In this document: piece by piece, positions 61,065 to 64,000 of the stretch
How the letters are laid out: the number at the start of each line of letters is the position of its first letter
Numbering within the stretch: the stretch's first letter is position 1
The notes under the pieces: generated by a model
What the model saw: the letters and a program-made list of their open reading frames with translations, nothing else
Told to the model about the DNA's origin: nothing
Database searches by the model: none
Position numbers and translations under genes: made by a program
DNA from: the human T2T-CHM13v2.0 reference genome, Homo sapiens
DNA length: 64,000 bases
Strand: one strand, 5' to 3'
NCBI RefSeq assembly: GCF_009914755.1
Contig: NC_060937.1

Positions 61065-61473
61065 CTATGTACCTCCCTTACAAGGAATTTCCTTGTGGAC
61101 AAAGGACAGCAGACAGAACTCAAAGTCATCCCTCTGCTCACGGAGATAAGTGAATATCTGAGTGCCTCCTTTGGAAAGGCTAGTCAGAAACTCAAAAGAA
61201 TGGAACCACTTGTCTCTTAACCTACCTATGACCTGGAAGCCCCCTCCCCATTTCGATTTGTTCCACCTTTCCGGAAGGAACCAATGTATATCTTACACAT
61301 ATTGATTGATGTCTCGTATCTCCCTAAAATGTATAAAATCAAGCTGTGCCCCAACCACCTTTGGCACACATTGTCAGGTCTCCCGAGGCTGTGTAATGGT
61401 CATGAGCCCTTAACTTTGGTAAAATAAACTTCTTAAATTGACTGAGACCTGTCTCAGATATTTTGGGTTCGCA
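60802..61473 (+). mobile_element. MER4A solo LTR with an internal TA expansion and inverted duplication
   Basis: TGTGAAAGGAAAATAAATCCTGGGAC...GATATTTTGGGTTCGCA. 4-bp TSD GATG at 60798-60801 and 61474-61477. Confidence 0.9.
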
Positions 61474-62359
61474 GATGAAATTTTTTCTTTACTATGGACA
61501 ATATATCCAATATAATATATTTATAAGTAGACTTAAATCTATAATATTCAATTTCTAAATAAATGCATAGGAAGACAGTATTACTTAGCATAAAATCAAT
61601 CAGGATGTAGATTTACAAATTCATGCTCTAATACCATATAATAACTCTAAAATGTGATATGTAAAATTATTTTAAATCCTGGGAATGTTTTTCTAAAGCT
61701 GTTTATGTTTCTCATAATGGCTGCCATAGTAAAATATATCTGATTGCCCAAGTGTTCCCTTGATGCGTGTAATACCTCTTTGCTTGATTACTCACAAGTA
61801 GTCTGCTAACTCTCAATCTTGTGGTATGCTAAAATTAACCAATAGGAACATTTTAAAAAACAAGTATTGAACAATTTAGCTTGCAAAAGCACCCAGAAGT
61901 GAAATAATCATTCACTTACAAGTTTTTAATCATTCTAAACACCTTATGAAATCTGAACCTCACTTACTTCTGTTTCATTTAAATTGATGATTTAACTCAA
62001 AAGAAGTATGGAATAACCCTAAGATATTAAAATGTAACCAAATGTATTTTGCAGGGACTTTACTTATGGGCATCTTTCTGTGAGACACCTAGCACAGCTC
62101 TCGTACATAGTTTATACATAAACATGATATGAACTTCTTATTCTCTATTGTTTTAAAGGAAATGTTTACTTCAAGCTGCTTTATTTATTCATAAACATTA
62201 CTCGGATAAATTATACTATTGAGTTATTTGAACCAAATATTGTTGATAATTAATAATAAAATAGTTCTAGGCAATAATAGATCATACATTTTCTGTTTCT
62301 GAAATTATTTCAAAAATTATATATAAATATATACCTAAATTTACATTAAAAAGCAATGA

Positions 62360-63499
62360 TGACATACAACCTACCAAGACTAAATCATGAAGAAATATGA
62401 AATCTGAACAGACCTGTATCTATCTAATCTAGTATCAAACTACATATAGGTCTGTTCAGATTTTGGATATTGAATCAGTAGTCAAACTTCCCAACAAAGA
62501 AAATTCCAGGAGCAAACAGATATATGAATAAATTCTCAACAGCACTAACCATCAGAGAAATGCAAATCATAACCACAATGAGATATCGCCTCACTCCAGT
62601 TGCAAAAGCTATTGCCAAAAAAATTAAAAATAATAAATGCTGATGAGGATGTGAAAAAGGAGAAACTCATACATTGTTTATGGCAATGTAAATTAGGAAA
62701 ACCATTACGAAAAACCATTACGAAAAACAGTTTTTTGAGGGTAGTCCCTCAAAAAATTACAAGTAGATTCACCATATGATCCAGCAATCTCACTACTTGG
62801 TATATATTCAAAGGAAATGAAACCAGTATATAAGAGAAACAGCTGCACTTCCATGTTTATTGCAGCACTATTCACAATAGCCAAAATACGGAATCAACTA
62901 AATGCTCAACAATGGATAAATGGATAACGGAAATGTGCTCCATTTGTTGGAACACAATGGAATACTATTCAGCCATAAAAACAATAAACTCCTAATATTT
63001 TCTATAACATGGATGAGCCTGAAGGACATTATATTAAGCAAAATAAGCCAGGCACAGAAAGACAAATACCACATTATCTCACTCACATGTATACTCTAAA
63101 AAGAATGTCTCATAGAATTTGAGAGTAAAACAGTGGTTATCAAAGACTGGAGAGAACTAGTGGGGAGGGGTAGATGGAGAGAGGTTGGTCAATGGGTACA
63201 ATTTTGCAGTTAGGAGAAATAACTTTTGGTACTCTATTGCACATTAGAGTGACTACGACTAACAATAATGCATTGCATAGTTTGAATAGCTAGAAGAGAG
63301 GATTTGAATGTTCTCACAACAAAGTAATGATACATGTTTAAGGTGATTAATATACTAATTACCTAATTTGTTCATTAGACAATATATACAAGTATCAAAA
63401 CATAGCATTATAACCCATGAATATGTAGAATTATTATGTGTCAATAACAAAAAAAGAAAGTAAGCCCAGGACCAGATGACTTTACTGGTACATTCTCAC
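62360..63499 (+). mobile_element. L1MA-type 3' end (~62515-63455) nested in an older L1 ORF2 fragment
   Basis: Host sequence ACATACAACCTACCAAGACTAAATCATGAAGAAAT...CCCAACAAAGAAAA resumes at AGCCCAGGACCAGATGAC (~63463). The insert has an L1MA 3' UTR (GAGAGGTTGGTCAATGGGTACA, AATAGCTAGAAGAGAGGATTTGAATGTTC). Confidence 0.75.
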
Positions 63500-63822
63500 T
63501 GTAAACCAAAAATAAAATTCTAAGGCTCCCAATGATATGAATAGACCCCTCCTCTTGGCCAAAGGCACTCTCGAGTTAACCTGAAAATCTCATTCAGGCC
63601 ATGATAGAAGAGGAGGTTGGACATACCTCATTAAACCCCTCCAGCATTAACATCAACATAGACCTTAAGTCTGATATGAAACATTTACAATCTATTCTCT
63701 CTGAATGCTGCTACTTGGAGATTTCATCTACATGATAAAACCTAGGTCTTCACAACCCCTTATCATAACCCAGACATTCCTTTCGGCTGATAATAACTCT
63801 TTCAGCCAGTTGCCAGTCAGAA
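63500..63822 (+). mobile_element. MER4B/D-type LTR, 5' part
   Basis: TGTAAACCAAAAATAAAATTCTAAGG...GTTAACCTGAAAA..TTCAGGCCATGAT. Confidence 0.8.

Positions 63823-64000
<178 letters not shown>

Overview
AT-rich, repeat-dense primate DNA, almost certainly human because it carries a human-specific AluYb8. The only gene is the 3' end of KLHL1 (kelch-like 1) on the minus strand: three coding exons (59227-59439, 47507-47678, 41583-41642) splice in frame, followed by a ~1.1 kb 3' UTR with three AATAAA signals at ~40455-40534. Bases 1 to ~40400 are downstream intergenic sequence. They hold a full-length but dead L1PA6-like element, two 5'-inverted L1s, Alus, LTRs (MER11, MER4, MLT1/2, MER21) and DNA transposon relics. 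Nearly all ORF-track entries are L1, Alu or microsatellite artefacts. I see no new gene system. The notable oddities are: (i) three independent L1 copies all broken at essentially the same ORF2 position; (ii) an open antisense ORF0 running into a strong splice donor in the old L1; (iii) many fold-back or templated insertions, including perfect 108-bp and 126-bp palindromes and a 56-bp segment copied from 2.2 kb away. Repeat subfamily names come from recalled consensus sequences, not from a database search.
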